A stretch of DNA of 64,000 nt. Source: Dimorphilus gyrociliatus. Lineage: Eukaryota; Animalia; Annelida. The DNA is taken from contig CAJFCJ010000012.1 in NCBI GenBank assembly GCA_904063045.1, positions 868,001-932,000 on the forward strand, in the 5' to 3' direction. Under the pieces are notes generated by a model. It did no database searches. It saw only the letters and a program-made list of their open reading frames with translations, and was not told the DNA's origin. Positions 61,013 to 64,000 of this stretch are shown in pieces. Positions within the stretch are counted from its first letter, which is position 1. Every line of letters begins with the position of its first letter. The position numbers and the translations under genes are program-made.

Positions 61013-64000
61013 TTACAAACAGTCCGCTTTTTTATTACTAATTTGAATACTTCGTGCAACAAAAGCATTGTCATTTGTTTCAATCTCTTTAGTAAGAGTA
61101 GGATAGTGGGATGTAAAGTAGCATGGCGGAAAGGAAAATCCCAAACAAGTAGCATTTAATGAACAGATGGCTGAGCACTGTTCAACAGACTCTATTCCTT
61201 GTCCCGTATATCTATATTTTTCTTTCAAGTGCGTTTTTTTACTTAAAAGAGTAAATTTAAATGGTTCACTTCTATTAGAAGCAAGGTCGAATGAGAATAC
61301 TCTTATTTCACAAAATTTCCCAAATATACCCTTGTCACCAGAAAAATCTTTTATAATAACGTATCTACCCCAAACAGACTTTCGATAACAAGAGTGCTTT
61401 AAATTTCCAGGTTTATATACAAAAGTTTTTTGATTGCAAAGTTGTCCAGAATCGGATGAACTGTCGTTGGATATATATATTTTAAAACGCCTATCCTCAC
61501 CCGTTGAAATTTTAAAGTAATTGATTCGAGTATAGTTGTTCCTATGGTCCAATTCGAGAATGAAAATATGAGTATAGTTTTTAACCGTTAGACAGCTATC
61601 TTTTTCACCGTCAACTAAATAAGAAGTATTTTTATGTTTAGTTCCTCCGGTGAATTCAAGAGACTCTGTTTATAGACAAGAAAGTAATTTTTTTAATTTT
61701 CGACTTGAATCATAAAATTTAAATCTATTAGAGAAAAAACTAACCAACAGGAACTTCAACTCCGTTCACATTTTTCAGATCCCAACCATATACGGCAATA
61801 TCGCATATCATTACTGTTCTATTCTCTCCAGAAATTATCAGGTGAGTTCCAACAGGATTATTATCGCAATAAAATGTAACTTGTTCCCCATTCAATGCAT
61901 CAGTATGATTGGTATCGTTTGATAAACATTCCGTATAATCCGTATTATTAAGCCAATCTTCGGATGGATATGGCCAAATGTTTGTAATATATATTTTAAT
62001 ATTTTCAAAGTTCTCTTTATCAATAGAAAGGCATAAGATATAGAATATGTAACAATTAATTGATATATTTACTTACTTGAATGCTCTGGTAAGATTGAGA
62101 CTGATTGAATTGTAACTAATTCTTGAAAATCAACACCCCACCAATTATTACCTCTCTCATTAGTTTGACTGCAGCTTATATTCTTTGTATATATAATATT
62201 GTTGAAAGAGAAAATATCGACGGCTTTATTTGCTGCATGTTGTGGATAAGGTGTTGAACTTTGGGTAACGAAAGAATTGACATTTATATATTGTTTCAAC
62301 AGTGTATCTGTTTAAGAGAAATGTAGATTGTTAGTTGTCTATACTTTCTAAGACAATCAAAAAATTGAAACTAAGGCCAAACGTACCTTGAGCGTTGTTT
62401 GGAGTTCCATAGACAAAAATTTCGCAAATATCAAAAAATGCACCAGTAGTTAGTAGATTATGTGTTTTTGGTCCATTAGATATTTCAACATAACGACCAA
62501 CCGTATGTAAACTACACGAGAAAATATTAGTTGAGCCAAGGGTCATATTTGAAAAGGGAACAATAGCGCAGATTGATAAATTGGCGTCCGGATTGATTGA
62601 GTAAAATAGAGATATGTTTAAAACATCATTTGCTAATAAATATAACACCATTAATAGTAATCGATTGACACGTTATTATAAAGTATTTTTAACTAACTTG
62701 CAATATACGAATTTCCCCTCACAACATGGACGTTCTTTACATTATAGGTAGCTTTTAAATCTATAATTAACCAGAAATTTTCCGTTCCCGCTTTCCAACA
62801 TTCATTATCATAATGAAAGCCTTGTCGATAAATATTGTCAGTTGTCAAAGTAGCTGTTGTCTTCTCGGTTGCTGATATAGAAGACCAAACCGGTTTTCCA
62901 AGCGCAATATTCGGATGTGCAGCTAAATTAAATATAGTTTTATCGTTAAATTGTAATATTCACTATTAAAATATTGATCAAATTTGCTTACAATCTTTAC
63001 TCTCCCCACCAAAGATTTCAATATTGCAAACTGTAAAGTTTGTATGAAGTTCTTTCTCAATTACGGTAACTAATTCTCCAACACTGGCGGGGTCACAGTC
63101 GTAATATCTATTCTCGACCCAATAGCAAGTTGAGGCAACATTATCAGTCATACTTAAATCCGTAACGGAGATGTTGAACTTAATGGAATTGGCTAGTAAG
63201 ATTAAAATACACAAGAAACTAAGTTAATTTGTTCAATTGATTTATAAGAAAATAAGGTTTAAGAGATATAAAATACGAACTTTCACTTTCTAACAGGTCC
63301 ATATGTTCGCAGGCGGTTTTTTCGTAACAGCAGTCTGTATCGTCTAATATCTTGTAACTATTCATGTATTTATCTTTGCTAATTGCCAGTGTTCCGTTGG
63401 TTATTTCAGAGAAAATCTGATGCTTAGAACAATATGAACCATTTGTATGAAATCCATCACAACTTAGGTCAGATTTACAACTCTGTCCCATTTGCTGTTT
63501 TGTCTCAACACAACTGCTGACAACGGTAGATGTATCGTAGAAGAAAGGATAACGCTTATAGTTGATAATATCTGTAGAACAAAAACTTAGTGTCTAAACT
63601 AACTATTTAACTGAAATTGTGTAGTTAGGAAAACCTTCTTTATATGCCATTACTGTAACTCTTTGAACGAAGAATATTTTACGTAGATATAATCTCCACC
63701 ATTTAAGTTTATCAATAGACCAATTTGACGAAGTACTTGATAATAAATGTTGAAATTTACCGAAATTTGCTGTAAAAGAAATGTTAATAGAATAATGATT
63801 TTCTACTTCTTAGAGAGCTTACTATTCTCAAAGTAAATTTGAATATTTAAATCAAGATTTAGAGTTAGCACTTCTGATAAGGCAACTCTTTTACCAGACT
63901 TTTCATACAAGTGAAATGCAGTAGTTTCCCAGGATCTTTTAAAAATTTCTCTACAAGATACAGTTCTTATACCAATAGCAAAGCCTCGATTGAAGAAAGT
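61013..64000 (-). CDS. Multi F-type-lectin/discoidin-like domain protein with C-terminal PAN/apple domain (5' end beyond window)
   Basis: Repeated FTP-like units (NIALGKPVWSS, QSSTPYPQHAANKAVD...SCSQT...NNWWGVDF, VGRYVEI...FDICEIFVYG, WGRYVII...FCEIRVF) and terminal ESVEQCSAICSLNATCLGFSFPPC. Confidence 0.8.

Noticed and set aside
1-64000. CRISPR arrays, rRNA, tRNA, spliceosomal snRNA genes
   Set aside because: No regularly spaced repeats or recognisable RNA-gene signatures seen by eye; a tRNAscan/Infernal run would be needed to exclude divergent ncRNAs.

Overview
AT-rich (~70%), gene-dense eukaryotic DNA with very short (~35-90 nt) spliceosomal introns. It looks like a compact-genome bilaterian invertebrate; a miniaturised lophotrochozoan such as the annelid Dimorphilus is my guess only. 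Well-supported genes in order: sHSP-like, CARS2, EXOSC6, an IkB-like ankyrin protein, an Alx homeobox gene, a bacterial-type WGR/PQQ-propeller protein, RAD21, EMC6 (absent from the ORF track), KLHL5, calnexin, TDRKH, UBE2A/Rad6, an NHL propeller, a PAN-Ig receptor tyrosine kinase, an Ig-mucin membrane protein, PYCR (with a decayed Tc3-like transposon in an intron) and a multi F-type-lectin/PAN protein running off the window end. A cluster of small intronless membrane-protein genes lies at 3.4-5.1 kb. The strongest signals are RNA-level: (1) KLHL5 ends in UGA-C followed by a 129-codon in-frame open extension bracketed by a 13-bp long-range stem, the signature of programmed stop-codon readthrough; (2) Rad6 has two duplicated terminal exons, one with an acidic tail, and a 12-bp stem that loops the first one out; (3) EMC6 carries a U12-type intron. 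No rRNA, tRNA or CRISPR array was recognised. Exon structures were assembled by hand from splice signals and reading frames; no database searches were run.
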